Shown here: one piece after another, positions 35,573 to 49,021 of the stretch
How the letters are laid out: each line of letters begins with the position of its first letter
How positions within the stretch are numbered: position 1 is the stretch's first letter
The notes under the pieces: generated by a model
Databases searched by the model: none
Told to the model about the DNA's origin: nothing
The model's input: the letters and a program-made list of their open reading frames with translations, nothing else
Origin: Octopus sinensis
Taxonomy: Eukaryota
Direction of reading: 5' to 3'
DNA: 64,000 bases
Assembly: GCF_006345805.1 (NCBI RefSeq)
Contig: NC_043006.1
Location: forward strand, 17,174,001 to 17,238,000
Translations under genes and position numbers: made by a program

Positions 35573-35980
35573 GGCGTAGGAGTGGCTGTGTGGTAAGTAG
35601 CTTGCTTACAAACCACATGGTTCCAGGTTCAGTCCCACTGCGTGGCCTTTTGGGCAAGTGTCTTCTACTATAGTCTCGGGCCAACCAACGCCTTGTGAGT
35701 GGATTTGGTAGACGGAAACTGAAAGAAGCCTGTCGTATATATGTATAATATATATGTATGTGTGTGTGTATATGTTTGTGTGTCTGTGCTTGTACCTGCC
35801 AACATTGCTTGACAACTGATGCTGGTGTGTTTATGTCCCCGTAACTTAGCGGTTCAGCAAAAGAGACCAATAGAATAAGTACTAGGCTTACAAAGAATAA
35901 GTCCTGGGGTCAATTTGCTCGACTAAAGGCGGTGCTCCAGCATGGCCACAGTCAAATCACTGAAACAAGTAAAAGAGTAA
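35573..35980 (+). mobile_element. SINE family A
   Basis: Family consensus match. Confidence 0.85.
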
Positions 35981-36843
35981 ATGTTATATTAAACCTTTAG
36001 CATTTAAGCCTGCCATATCCATCCATTATAGTCTTCCTGTTTTATGTTTACACTGCCCAGATTTGGCTTTTCACGTCTAACCTACAATGTCATTCTAAAA
36101 ATAAACAATCTCACATCATTGAAATTTCTTGACTACAAGATAGTACATAATTAATTCAAAACAATGTAGATAAATAAGGATTATATTGACAGAGTAATCC
36201 GAGTACTAGGGGGTTCAACTGGAACAGATTTGGAAGCCAAAACCAATGGGATTATTAAAACACATGATTTTTTTTATTAATAATTCAATGGGTGCTTGCA
36301 AAACATTGAGAATTTAAAGTATTTGCATCAAAATAATTTGTTTGCTGATTTGTTATAAGCAAGAGCCTCTACTCTAATTTAGATTCATTGGTTCAGGGTA
36401 GTTTTGACTGAAGAGACATACAATAAGGTCAAAACACCACTGTGTCTCCTTATGTCAATGAATTGTGTGTGTTATGAACAGACATTGTCTAAAGGGAGGA
36501 GGAGATGTTCTCCAATGACAAAATACAACAGCAAGCAGTATATTCATGTTTGATTCTGACAGGACATGTTTTTATTGTTGTTTCCCTCTGTTTTTTTTTT
36601 CAATTAAAAATTAGAAGAAAAAAGCCTTTGTCAAAGAACAAGAGAAGTACATAATCACGGTTGAATAGGGAGACAAATAAGTATATTGAATACTTCTGTT
36701 GAAGTCCTGAAGGTCAAGTGAGAGAGTGACATGGTGATCTCGTATCACGATAAATAGTGCATGGCCTTGAGGTGGGGGTCTAGTTTGAACTTTCTTCAGG
36801 CTGAGTATCTCATCCCATTCAAGAGGTCCCTGAATAAGGTTGT

Positions 36844-37072
36844 TTAACCCTTTAGTGTTCACATTATTCTGACAAAATTAGTGCTTCTTCATCCACATTG
36901 TTTTGAACTAATCATGCATTATCTTGTAGCTATGAGATTTTGATGAGGTAGCTGTTAATTTTTAAAACGATATTGTAGGGTTAGTGTGAGAGACCAGATC
37001 TGGCCAGTATGAACATAAAACAGGCAGAATACTTTTGGCCGGATATGGCTGGTTTAAATGCTAAAGGGTTAA
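36844..37072. mobile_element. piggyBac-like MITE (family 2), inverted relative to 33172-33400
   Basis: TTAA flanks; reverse complement closely matches 33172-33400. Confidence 0.8.
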
Positions 37073-37330
37073 GGATGATGAACAAAACACCCATGTTTCC
37101 AGAGATGAATTATTCAAACTCCAAAGAATTCCTATCAATACATGGTCTCGATACTCCCCATTAGAGCAGCAACATACAAATCTTTCTGCCATTTAATCAA
37201 ACTGATTGTAAGATTTCTTCTATCTCTGAAACAAGAGAAGTTGATTTAGCCAAAAATAGGAAATAGGAAAACCTTCAGATAATTTTGGTCAGATGGCTTT
37301 GGAATATTCCATATAGAATTTTCTTTTTAG

Positions 37331-37352
37331 GTCAAGTTTGAAAACGAAAATG
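37331..37352 (+). CDS. Candidate 22-nt microexon (VKFENEN or SSLKTKM)
   Basis: ttttctttttag|G acceptor and ATG|gtaagt donor, both near consensus. Confidence 0.35.
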
Positions 37353-38030
37353 GTAAGTGTGTGTGGAAAGAATTAACAATCAGGTGAATAAATGAGGTAT
37401 ATTTAATTAGCCATTGGTAGTAACTAAGGCTAATGCATAATAATCCCAAACACTCTCAAGATATACACTGGAACAAAGTAATTAAAACAGAGGGTTGAGC
37501 TCGAAGCAGGTAGTTAATTACTTTCTATTTTGTTAGAAAATAAAACAAATTAAAAAACAAAAAGTACCAGCTGATAGTTTAGTAGGTAAAAACAATTGGA
37601 CAAGAAGCTAGAAGGTTCATTCTTAGTCATTCTTAAATGCAGTTAGTTGGCGACAAGACAGCTAACTTGCTGTTTGAGAAATGTTGGGTGTCAGCTTACA
37701 GTCTCAATGCAAACTCATTACTTTCATACACTGTTGTTGTTTTTATTGAATTGTTCTGGAAGAAAGAAGATTCTCATGGCCTTCACAGGCCTTCCAAAGC
37801 TGATGAGATTGATGCAACTAATATCCATCTTGACCTATTTGATACCAACTGTCCTGAAACCACCTCTCGTTCTATGATGCATGATTGCTGTTTCAAAGTA
37901 ATCCAAATTAAAACCTCCCACTGAAATTTCATATTAATTTTTGTTCTTAATACTCATTTAACAATGACAAAGTTATTTTACTAAATTCTTCATTATTTCC
38001 AAAATAAATTGAAACAAAAGCAATATGTAT

Positions 38031-38325
38031 CACCGTGATCACCGTGACCGACTAGGCTATCAGATGTTGCTACACATTGCTGGTTACAATGCGCTTTGCA
38101 TTGATTTAGCCTTCAAATGACGCCACCCCGCTGGCTAAGCAAGCAGGCCAACAGAAGAAAGAGAGAGAGAAATTTGTGGCGAAAGAGTACAGCAGGGATC
38201 GCCACCACCCCCTGCCAGAGCCTCATGGAGCTTTAGGTATTTTTGCTCAATAAACACTCACAACGTCCGGTCTGGGAATCGAAACCGCGAGTCCGCTGCC
38301 CTAACCACTGGGCCATTGTGCCTCC
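38031..38325 (-). mobile_element. tRNA-headed SINE family C
   Basis: Reverse complement of 46946-47240. Confidence 0.8.
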
Positions 38326-40134
38326 ATTTCAATATATATATCATAAAAAAAGAGTTAAAAGTTATCTAATTTAAAAAATTTTCATTAAAATGTCATGTAA
38401 GTATTTGATCCAAATACCAGCATGATAATCACAAAGTTAAATATCTAAATTCAATATTTTCAAAACTGATCAAAGCAAGGACAGTGTGTTTACAGTGTAT
38501 TTCAGTGGAAATTTGTTAATAAGATGGTTAAATTTTAAGACTGCAGTGAAGAACTGGCACAGGGAGGAGATTCTAGAGGGATGACATTCTGGGGAGGAGA
38601 AACTGCGCATTGAAGTTAGCACAGGGCCTGAGGGTGATTCCGTCTCACTGTGTGACACTTTGGGCAAACCAAAACCTTGTGAGTGGATTTGATAAACCAA
38701 AAGAAACCTGTTGTGTGTGAGTGTGTGTGTGTGTGTGTATGTATATATGTATATATGTGTGTGTGTCTGTTTGCCCCCCACTACCACTTCATAACTGGCG
38801 TCAATGTGTTTCCATCTTCATAACTTAATGGTTTTGCAAAAGAGATTGATAGAATAAGTACCAGGTTTAAGAGAAAGTAATTCATTCAACTAAAATTCTT
38901 CAAAGTAGTACCCCAGCATGGCCACAGTCTGTATGACTGAAACAAGTAATTGATAAAAGATGTGTGTATGTGTGTGTTTGGCTCTTCTTGTCTTGAAATA
39001 TCATGTTAATTGTAAATGAGTGTTGTTGTCACACAAGCAATTTCGTGTGTTCCCAATATTCTGCGAGCTGGCAGAAACGTTAGCACGTGAAATGCTTAGC
39101 ATTATTTTGTCTGTCATGACGTTCTGAGTTCAAATTCCGCCAAGGTCGACTTTGCCTTTCATCCTTTCGAGGTTGATAAATTAAGTACCAGTTGCATACT
39201 GGGTTCGATCTAATCGACTAGTCCCTTCCCCTAAAAATTTCAGGCCTTGTGCCTATCATCATCATAGTTTAACGTCCGCTTTCCATGCTAGCATGGGTTG
39301 GACGATTTTGATTGAGGGCTGGCGAACCAGATGGCTGCACCAGTCTCCAATCTCGATCTGGCAGAATTTCTACAGATGGATGCCCTTCATAATATTCTGC
39401 GAAAGTAAGTTTGGCCATGGGGAAATATTACTTGCTTAAAAACAGGTGAGGGCTGATTGCAGAAAAGCATCTGGCCATAGAACGTCTCCCTCAATAAACC
39501 CTACCTGACTGTAGCAAGAACGGAAAAGCAGATGTTAAAATGATGATGATATATGCATACAAAACAATGGGCTTCCATTCGGTCTCTGTCTACCAAATTT
39601 CACCTACAAAGTGTTGGTTAATCCAAAGGTATAGTCAAACATAATTGCCCAATATACTATGCAGTGGGATCAAACCTAGAGCTCTGTGGTCGTGAAGCTA
39701 TTTTCTTAACTCTACAGCCATGCATATAAATTTGTTTGTGTGTGTGTGTATGTATGTATGCATTATTTTCATAATGCAATTATACACTCTCCTATTTGGT
39801 GAATGCATATATGTTATTGAGTGCATATACATGAATATTTATACATTTGTTATTTAAAAAAATAAGGTGCTTTCTAGACTTGACCCTGTTTTCAACATCA
39901 CCATTACCATCATCATCACTGCTGTAACCACTACTACCACCGCTAACGACAACAAACACTTAATGGATTTGATATAAGGAACTTAAAATATGCAAATACA
40001 TATGTAAATGACTATGTGGATGTTAATTTGTTAATGAGGAAGCCTCATTATCGATGTCTAATTGAATTCTTGTCAGTAATATAAAGTCATTTAGTGCAAA
40101 TATTTTTATTCATTTAAATGAACGAATGTATGTA

Positions 40135-40178
<44 letters not shown>

Positions 40179-40179
<1 letters not shown>

Positions 40180-41703
40180 CATCATCATCATCGATAAACA
40201 TCCGTTTTCCATGCTGGCATGGGTTTGACAGTTTGATTGTGGTCTGGAGAGCCAGTGACTGCACCAGGCTCCAATCTGGTCTGGCTGAGTTTCTACAGTT
40301 GGATGCCCTTCCTAATGCCAAGCACTCTGAGTGTAGTGGGTGCATTTTACATGTCACTGGCACAGGGGCCTCTAAGGCAGGTCTGGCAATGATCATGTTT
40401 GGATTGTACTTTTTACACGCCACCAGGAGAGGAGCCACTCAGGGGCACCGGCCCCAGCTATGATATTGGTCTTTTCAAGCATATCATATTGCCCAATGCA
40501 TCAGGAGTATTCTTCACAGGGCTGGACGTGCTTGGCTTTGATCTCACTTTAGTTGCCAGGTCTTCTCAATCACAGTGTATCTCCAAAGGTCCTGGTCTCC
40601 TGTCATTGCCTCTGTGAGGCCCAATGTTTGAAGGTCATGCTTCACCACTTCATCCTATGTCTTCCTGGATCTACCTCTTCCACAGGTTCCTTCTACAATT
40701 AGAGAACGGCACTTCCTCACACAGCTGTCTTCATTCATACGTAACACATGGCCATACCAGTGCAGTTGTCTCTCTTGCACACCACATTTGATGCTTCTTA
40801 TGCCCAACTTTTCTCTCAGAGCGCTACACTCTGTCGTGTATGCACACTGACATTACACATCCAGTGGATCATACTAGTTTCATTTCTTTCAGGCTTACAT
40901 ATGTCCTCAGCATTCATGGCTCATGTTTCACTGCTGTGCAGCATGGCAGTTTGCACACATGCATCATACAGCCTACCTTTCACCCTGAGCAAGAGGCCCT
41001 TAGTTGCCAGCAGAGGTAGGAGCTCCCTGACCTTTGCCCAGGCTATTCTTACTCTAGTTGCTACACTCTCAGAGCAACCACCCCAACTACAGACTTGGTC
41101 ATCTAGGTAACAAGCTATTAACTATTTCTAGTTTCTTCCCTTGGCATGTGATGGAATCTATTTTCTGTACATCTTCAGTGTTTAATGTCCCATTGCATCT
41201 GCCGCACACAAAAACTATTTTTCTGTTTAATCTTCCTTTGATATTGCTGCAGCTTTTATGTGTCCATAGCTTACACTGGGTACATTGTATGGAGTTTCTA
41301 CCTATGCCTTTTCTACAGATCAAGCAGGGCCATCTACCTGAAGGGGGTTGTGATTTGACAGCCTTCCTACTTACTAAGATTTTGGTTTTGGCTAAGTTAA
41401 CCCTAAGGCCCTTCGATTCTAGACCTTGCTTCCACACCCTAAACTTTGTCTCCAGTTCTTGCAATGATTCGGCTATTAGAGCAAGGTCATCAGCATGGAG
41501 GAGCTACCAAGGGCAGCCTGTCTTGGATTCCTCTGTTATTGCCTGGAGGACTATAATGATTAAGAGGGAGCTGAGGACTGATCCTTGGTGAACCTCCACT
41601 TCTACTTGGAATTCTTCACTATACTCATTGCCAACCCTCACCTTACTGACAGCGTCCCTCTACAGAGCTTGTACAGCTTTTACCAGCCACTTGTCTATCC
41701 CCA
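40179..41703 (-). mobile_element. Second, older 5'-truncated RTE LINE
   Basis: Colinear with 3363-5413; YADD mutated to HADD; stops and frameshifts; PHD-like CLIC..CTQC..HKSC..CGRC retained. Confidence 0.9.
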
Positions 41704-43127
41704 GAATTAGCAGAGCAAAACAAAGATTAATTTTCTTGTGTTCTTATCTATCCCCATAGTAATAATAACAATGATGGTGGTGGTGGTGGCAGTGGCAGTG
41801 TCAGTGGTATAATGACTCCTGAGAGGAGGAAAAGCAAGGCTGACCTCAGCGGAATTTGAACACAGAACGGGAAGACAAACGAAATACCACTAAGCATTTT
41901 GCCTGGTGTGCTAACGATTCAGCCAACTCACCCCACTAATTATAATAATTATGATGATGATGATGATGATCATCATCATCATTGTTGTTATTAATAATTT
42001 TGAATATGTGTTTGACATCATCATCTCTGGTGTTAATTATCTTTAGTTTTTACTGAAATAGAAATAATTATCGCAAACAATATGCATATGTGCATTTGTC
42101 TATGTGTGTGACAAAGAGAGAAAGAGATGATTTCTTAATTGTTGAAATGAGCTGGAAATAACTTATAACATTAAAAATAAGATCCAAAGAATGTGTAGGC
42201 AGTGACTCTTAATAATGAAATAAACGAGATAAAATAATAAAATTAATTATTTTCCTTTTTTCTCACTCTGTTTTTTTAAAAAATTTTTGTTGTTTTCTCT
42301 CTTATTTATGTTCTCACTTTGACCACACAATAATGAAATTCTTAATTGTAAAAAAAAAACACAAAAAAACACTGATTGACAAGATACAAAGAAGAAGTTC
42401 TTCGGTTCATTACCAACAAACAGTAAGCATTTATTTTCAATTAAGAATATGTAATATCAGTTAAGTGGTTCACTGGCTCTGAAAGAAATTAGAGAACTGA
42501 TGTGTGTGTGTGTGTGTGTGTTAGTTTTTTTATGTGCATCTTGGACTATTGGTTAGCGTGATGCACTCATAATCATAAGATCTTGGTTTCAATTCACAGA
42601 TCAAGCAGTGCACTGTGTTCTTGAGCAGGACACTTCATTTCACATTGCTTCAGTCCATTCAGTTATAAATGAACAATCCAGCAATAGAAGGGGAGTTAAC
42701 CCTGCAGTAGGATCCCAACATTCACCCCTCAACAGGGTGAATGTTTGTAATCTCAGTTATTTCTATGCCAAGGAAACTGGGTTCACTTCCATTCTTAGAA
42801 GTCCTAGGGCTGCTGACAGATATGAGTCTAAGTGTGTCTTGGTATAGCACATAATAATAATAATGGTTTCAAATCTTGCTACAAGGGTAGTAATTTTGGG
42901 GACAGGGATAAGTCGATTACGTCGACCCCAGTGTTCAACTGGTACTTATTTTATCGACTCTGAAAGGGTGAAAGGCAAAGTTGACCTCAGCAGAATTTGA
43001 ACTCAGAACATAGTGACAGGTGTAATGTCATTTTGCTCAGCATGCTAATGATTCTACCAGCTCACCACCACTACAATAATAATAATAATAATAATGATGA
43101 TGATAAGGATAATAATGATGATGATGA

Positions 43128-43580
43128 GTTGTGATACCTGTGTCGGTGGCACATAAAAAGCACCATCTGAACGTGGTCATTGCCAGCGCCGCCTCGACTG
43201 GCTTCTGTGCCGGTGGCACATAAAAAGCACCATCTGAACGTGGCCGATGCCAGCGCTGCCTTGGCTGGCTTCTGTGCCGGTGGCACATAAAAAGCACCAT
43301 CCGAACGTGGCCGATGCCAACGCTGCCTTGGCTGGCTTCTGTGCTGGTGGCACGTTAAAAGCACCAACCGATCGTGGCCGATGCCAGACTCCCCTGGCAC
43401 CTGTGCCGGTGGCATGTAAAAAGCACCCACTACACTCGCGGAGTGGTTGGCGTTAGGAAGGGCATCCAGCTGTAGAAACTCTGCCAGATCTGACCAGAGC
43501 CTGATGCAGCCCCTGGCTTCCCAGACCCCGGTTGAACCGTCCAACCTGTGCTAGCGCAGAAAACGGACGTTAAACGATGA
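43128..43580 (+). mobile_element. RTE 3'-end with four ~66-68-bp tandem units
   Basis: Repeated GGTGGCACATAAAAAGCACCATC units, then the tail. Confidence 0.85.
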
Positions 43581-44160
43581 TGATGATGATGATGATAAGG
43601 ATAATAATGATGATGATAATAATAATGATGATGATAATAATAATGATGATGATAATGATAATAATGATGATAATAATGATGATGATGATAATAATAATGA
43701 TGATGATGATGATGACAATGATAATGATGATAATGACAATGATAATAATAATGATGATAATGATGATAATGATGATGATGATGATGATATTATGATGATG
43801 ATGATGATGATATTAATGATGATGATGATGATGATATTAATGATGATGATGATAATAATATTAATGATGATGATGATAATAATATTAATGATGATAATGA
43901 TAATAATAATAATGATGATGATGATAATGATGATAATGATAATAATAATAATGATGATAATGATAATAATAATAATGATGATAATAATAATAATAATGAT
44001 GATAATAATAATGATGATAATGATGATAATAATAATGATGATAATGATGATAATAATAATGATGATAATGATGATAATAATAATGATGATGATAATAGTA
44101 ATAATGATAATGATAAAAATAATAATAACGATAATAATAATAATATAATAATAATAATTT
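43575..44160. repeat. ~590-bp compound (GAT/AAT)n trinucleotide microsatellite
   Basis: Direct reading; continuous with the RTE tail. Confidence 0.95.
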
Positions 44161-44719
44161 TGTTGTTGATTTCCATCTCCTTTCCATTTGCATCTAATAG
44201 AATTTACGTACAGCACTGCAGGGAAACAACAACTCTCACAATGATTGTCTGTTAGACTTAATAAGTTGGCCATGCTACAGCATGGTTGCTTTCTGAACTT
44301 TTCCTCTTAGTAATATTGTCTATAACATATATGTAATCTATATGTGTGATATGTGTATGTGTGTGATATGCGTGTATATATTTATTCTTTTATTCTTTTT
44401 TCAGTCATTTGACTGTGGCCATGCTGAAGCACCACCTCTTTTAGTCAGCCCCAGGACTTATTCTTTGTAAGCCTGGTGCTTATTCTATTGGTGTCTTTTG
44501 CTGAACCACTAAGTTAAGGGGACATCAACATACCAACATCTCAATTGATGGAGAGGGGACAAGCACAGATACAGACACACACACACATACAGACCTCTGT
44601 GTGTGTATGTATGTTCATATCTATCTATATCTATATATATATATATATATCCAACCCATGCCAGCAGGGAAAACGGATGTTAAATGATGATGATCTATAT
44701 ATATATATATATACATATA

Positions 44720-44890
44720 GGGGAAGAATTCACAAAAAATCAAAAGATGAAGACAGGTGGTGTAGACAACAGACAGATGTATTAGTTTAACGCTCGAGAA
44801 GTGAAAAAGTCTTTAATATTTCAAGCTGACGCTCTTCCACAGAAAGAAACAAGGAGAGGGAATAAAGAATGTGTAGTGGCTAGCAATCTA
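44720..44890 (-). mobile_element. Decayed PLE pseudo-LTR-type repeat
   Basis: Same family as 21930-22110; core CTGTGGA. Confidence 0.55.
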
Positions 44891-45049
44891 TGCAATGGGA
44901 TTCTTTCAGTTTCCGCCTACCAAATCCACTTACAAGGTTTTGGTCGGCCCGAGGCTGTAGTAGAAGATACTTGCTCAAAGTGCCATGCAGTAGGACTGAA
45001 CCCAGAACCATGTAGTTGGGAAGCAAGCTTCTTACCACACAACCACATC

Positions 45050-45470
45050 TGTACTCTCTTTTACTCTTTTACTTGTTTCAGTCATTTGACTGCGGCCATG
45101 CTGGAGCACCGCCTTTAGTCGAGCAAATCGACCCCGGGACTTATTCTTTTGTAAGCCCAGTACTTATTCTATCGGTCTCTTTTGCCGAACCGCTAAGTGA
45201 TGGGGACGTAAACACACCAGCATCGGTTGTCAAGCAATGCTAGGGGGACAAACACAGACACACAAACATATACACACACATACATATATATGTATACATA
45301 TATACAACAGGCTTCTTTCAGTTTCCATCTACCAAATCCACTCACAAGGCATTGGTCAGCCCGGGGCTATAGCAGAAGACACTTGCCCAAGATGCCATGC
45401 AGTGGGATTGAACCCAGAACCATGTGGTTGGTAAGCAAGCTACTTACCACACAGCCACTCCTGTGCCCAT
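45050..45470 (-). mobile_element. SINE family A, next to an older partial copy at ~44895-45050
   Basis: Family consensus match. Confidence 0.85.
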
Positions 45471-45758
45471 GTTGTATGTATATTTTCATTGATATTCGGA
45501 AGAAACAACAGAATGACATAAGGGTTGAGAGTTTTGTGCATTGGCACTTATGAAACTAGTTACAATTTAAAGAGTTGTGGATTTAGACAGCTGGTGAAGA
45601 ATTATATTTTCCGAGATAATTCTTGAATGAATTTTAAAGAGCAATTACACTGACACGTGGATAATTCATATTTTTCAAATAGTTTGCTTTTTATGTCATT
45701 CAATAAGCGAATATATAAACAAATATATATATTTATATGTAAATATATATACATATGT

Positions 45759-46000
45759 GGAGGCATGTGGCTTAGTGGTTAGGGTGTCAGCATCATGATC
45801 GTAAGAGTGTGGCTTTGATTCTTGGACCGGGTGATATGTTGTGTTCTTGAGCAAAACACTTCATTACATGTTGCTCCAGTCCACTCAGCTGGCAAAATTG
45901 AGTGACGCTGCGATGGACTGGAGTCCCATCCAGCTGGGGAACACATACGCCATTGAAACTGGGAAACCATGAGCCTGGCTAGGCTTTAAAAAGGGCACAT
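45759..46000 (+). mobile_element. SINE family D variant
   Basis: GGAGGCATGTGGCTTAGTGG head, TTGTGTTCTTGAGCAAAACAC core; reverse copy at 56875-57070. Confidence 0.75.
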
Positions 46001-46917
46001 TTATTTTTATTTTGTATATACATATAGATATAAATATATATTGTACACAAAGATGTATATTGTTTGTTTTACATCTGCTTTTCAAAGCTAGCTTGGATTA
46101 GAGAAAAATATGTTACTGAGACATTGTTTTGCAACTGGATACCCTTCCCCTCATCAATCCTCAGTTGTTTGGTTTTTTTTGGAAGGGTTCTTATTCCTCA
46201 CAGCTTTAAAAGTGTGAAGCGAGCTGATGATTTGTTGACACGGAACTGATAACAACCACACTACTCATTGCAACTTTCACACAGGTAATTGTGGATGCAA
46301 ACAAGCATACAGGCACTAACACACTTACATATATGCATGAAGCACTCTGTACATGCTATAAAATGGTTGGCATTAAGAAGGGCATCCAGCTGTAGAAATT
46401 ATGCCAAAGCAAACATTGGATGTTGCAGTCTGCAGTCCCATTGGATCCTTTCAAACCATTTAGCTTCAGTCCATATAGAACATGATTGTTTAATAATGAT
46501 GATAATCATGGTATATATATATAACTCCAATTGAGGAGACTTTGTCTCATCTTGTAAGTGACTGCCACTGGTGCTGGTGTCATGGAACAAAAAAAGCACC
46601 TAGCACACTCTGTAAAGGGGTTAGCATTAAGAAGTGCATCCAACCGTAGAAACCAATCCAAAAGAGACGATAGAGCTTGGCATAGCCCTCTGGCTTTCCA
46701 GCTCTTGTCAAGCCATACAACCCATGCCAACATGGAAAACAGATGTTAAATGATGATGATGATGATATTTCTCTCTCTCTCTCTCTCTCTCTGTATATAT
46801 ATGTATATATGTATATATATATAAATCATAATTAAAGTTTAGATTTGAAATTTAAAACTTAGCATTCAAACTGTATTTTGAGTATGTCCCTAAGAGTGTG
46901 CTTACAGACCACACTAG

Positions 46918-46945
<28 letters not shown>

Positions 46946-46948
<3 letters not shown>

Positions 46949-47240
46949 GGCATAATGGCGCAGTGGTTAGGGCAGCGGACTCGGGGTTGTAGAATTGCGA
47001 TTTCGATTCCCAGACCGGGCGTTGTGAGTGTTTATTGAGTGAAAACACTTAAAGCTCCACGGGGCTCCGGCAGGGGGTGGTGGCGATCCCTGCTGTACTT
47101 TCACCACAACTTTCCCTCTTTCTTCTGTTGGTCTGCTCACTTAGCCAGCGGGTTGGCATCATTTGAAGGCTAAAACAATGTGAAGCACATTGTGACCAGC
47201 GATGTGTAGCAACATCTGATAGCCTGGTCGATCACGGTGA
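46946..47240 (+). mobile_element. tRNA-headed SINE family C
   Basis: GGAGGCATAATGGCGCAGTGG A-box, TTCGATTCCC B-box, ends CACGGTGA within (TA)n. Confidence 0.8.
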
Positions 47241-47297
47241 TATATATATATATATAAATTCATGATAATATATATATATATATATATATAATTTATA

Positions 47298-48936
47298 CAG
47301 TATCTACAATAGTTAGTACACACAACGATTTTTTAAATTTTTACTTCTTAGAACTTATTTTTTCGTAGGATTTAAATGAACTCGATGTGAACCTAGCCAT
47401 ATATGTAAATTTAAATATGCATAAACGTTAGGGTTCAAATTTGTTGTTTATTACAAATTATAGGAGAAAATCCATAGAGTCCAGTACAATAAATTAGTAC
47501 ACAGCTATGGAAGTCACTAATCATGAATAAATATTTACTTAAATAGCTATAAATTGCAGAACTTTCTGTTGGCACCTTTTTATTGTACCCTAATAAATAA
47601 CCAAAGGCATTTCATTGGCTGTTTGTTTACATTACGCTGCTATTGCTTGGATCTATTGCTACCAAAGTTTTTCTCATATTATTCTTGGAAATGGCTCCTC
47701 GTGGCCTACGAAAAAACTCGTGAAACTATTGTTAATTTATTCAAGAGTGGTCATTCATATACGGAAATAAGTGGCAATGTAAATATCAGCCGAAATACGG
47801 TAGCAAAAGTTGTTCAACGGTACAAAAAAGCTGGAACCGTCACAAATGGCGCCGTCCCGGTCGACCAAATAAGTTTTGTGATCGAACTAAGAGCGCATGA
47901 ACAACTTATAGAGGGAAGCAGATGTCGGAGTGCTGCTAGCGTCGCAGAAGAAATTCACACAGTTTAAACGTAACTGTGAGTGCTCAGACAGTGCGCAACA
48001 TTCTCCACGAAGACGGGTTTAAAGGCTGCATGCCCCGAAGGAAGCCTCTGCTGAAAACTTCCCACAAAAAGAAGCGTTGTGAATTTGCTAATAATAATAA
48101 AGACAAAGATTGCAGTTTTGGACAAAATCCTTGGTCTGACGAGACGAAAATAAATCTATTCGGCTCAGATGGCGTTAAGCGTGTGTGGCGACGAAAAGGG
48201 GAGGCTTACACGGATAAGTGTGTCGTGCCAACTGTCAAGCATGGAGGTGGGAGCTTGATGATTTGGGGGTGTATGCGTGCCAAAGGAGTTGGACGACTTG
48301 CTTTCATCGAAGGAAAAATGGATTCAAAACTCTATTGCCAGATATTGGAGGAAAACATGTTACCAAGTTTAACAAGTGTTGGCAGACGTGGAGTTTTCCA
48401 GCAGGATAACGACCCTAAGCACACGTCCCGGCCTACGAAGCGTTCTTAGAAAGTAAGCGAGTGAATACCTTACCATGGCCGAGTATGTCACCTGATTTGA
48501 AACCAATAGAGCATCTGTGGGAGCATCTAAACGGAAAATTGCAGGGAAAAATCCGAGAAATATTAACGAACTCAAGGAGGTCATCAAATGTGAATGGAAC
48601 GCATTCCGGCGGACACATGTCGTAAACTGTGGAATCAATGCCTAGGAGGTTGTCTGCTGTTATTGATAACAATGGAGGCCATACAAAGTATTAAAAATAG
48701 GCTTATTTTTGTTTAAAGCGCTCCTGTGTACTTACTTTTTGTTACTTGTTCTAAATGTTTTTGTTTAATTATTCTACATTGAAAAGATATTTGTTCCTTC
48801 ATAGTTTATAAATTTATTAAACCACTACAATGGCTATGTTCACATCGAGTTTCATTTAAATCCTACGAAAAAATATAGTTGTAAGAAGTAAAAATTTTAA
48901 AAAATCGTTGTGTGTACTAACTTATTGTAGATACTG
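47298..48936 (+). mobile_element. Full-length Tc1-family DNA transposon (1639 bp), IR/DR type
   Basis: TA TSDs at 47296-97 and 48937-38; ~105-bp TIRs starting CAGTATCTACAATA; inner DR-like sites at 47485-47504 and 48724-48744. Confidence 0.93.
47691..48694 (+). pseudogene. Tc1 DD34E transposase, frameshifted
   Basis: MAPRG start, HTH, RPGRP, WSDETK, QQDNDPKH, WPSMSPDLKPIEHLW, GGHTKY stop; D-to-E spacing is 34 after correcting a 1-nt deletion. Confidence 0.92.
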
Positions 48937-48963
48937 TATATATATAAATTCACGGTAATATAT

Positions 48964-49004
<41 letters not shown>

Positions 49005-49021
49005 CGGTATCTAAATACAAT

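Noticed and set aside
43140-43400. Regularly spaced repeats resembling a CRISPR array
   Set aside because: The intervening sequences are also repeated, there are no cas genes, the context is eukaryotic, and it lies within an RTE 3' UTR
43551-44273. 240-aa and overlapping poly-I/S/M/H ORFs
   Set aside because: Translations of a GAT/AAT microsatellite
46880-46918. Possible Helitron 3' end (short hairpin plus CTAG|T)
   Set aside because: Hairpin is weak and abuts CTAG; no matching 5' end identified
46946-47020. tRNA-like sequences (also near 31070-31140 and 45759)
   Set aside because: SINE heads with A/B boxes continuing into SINE bodies; no complete cloverleaf supported
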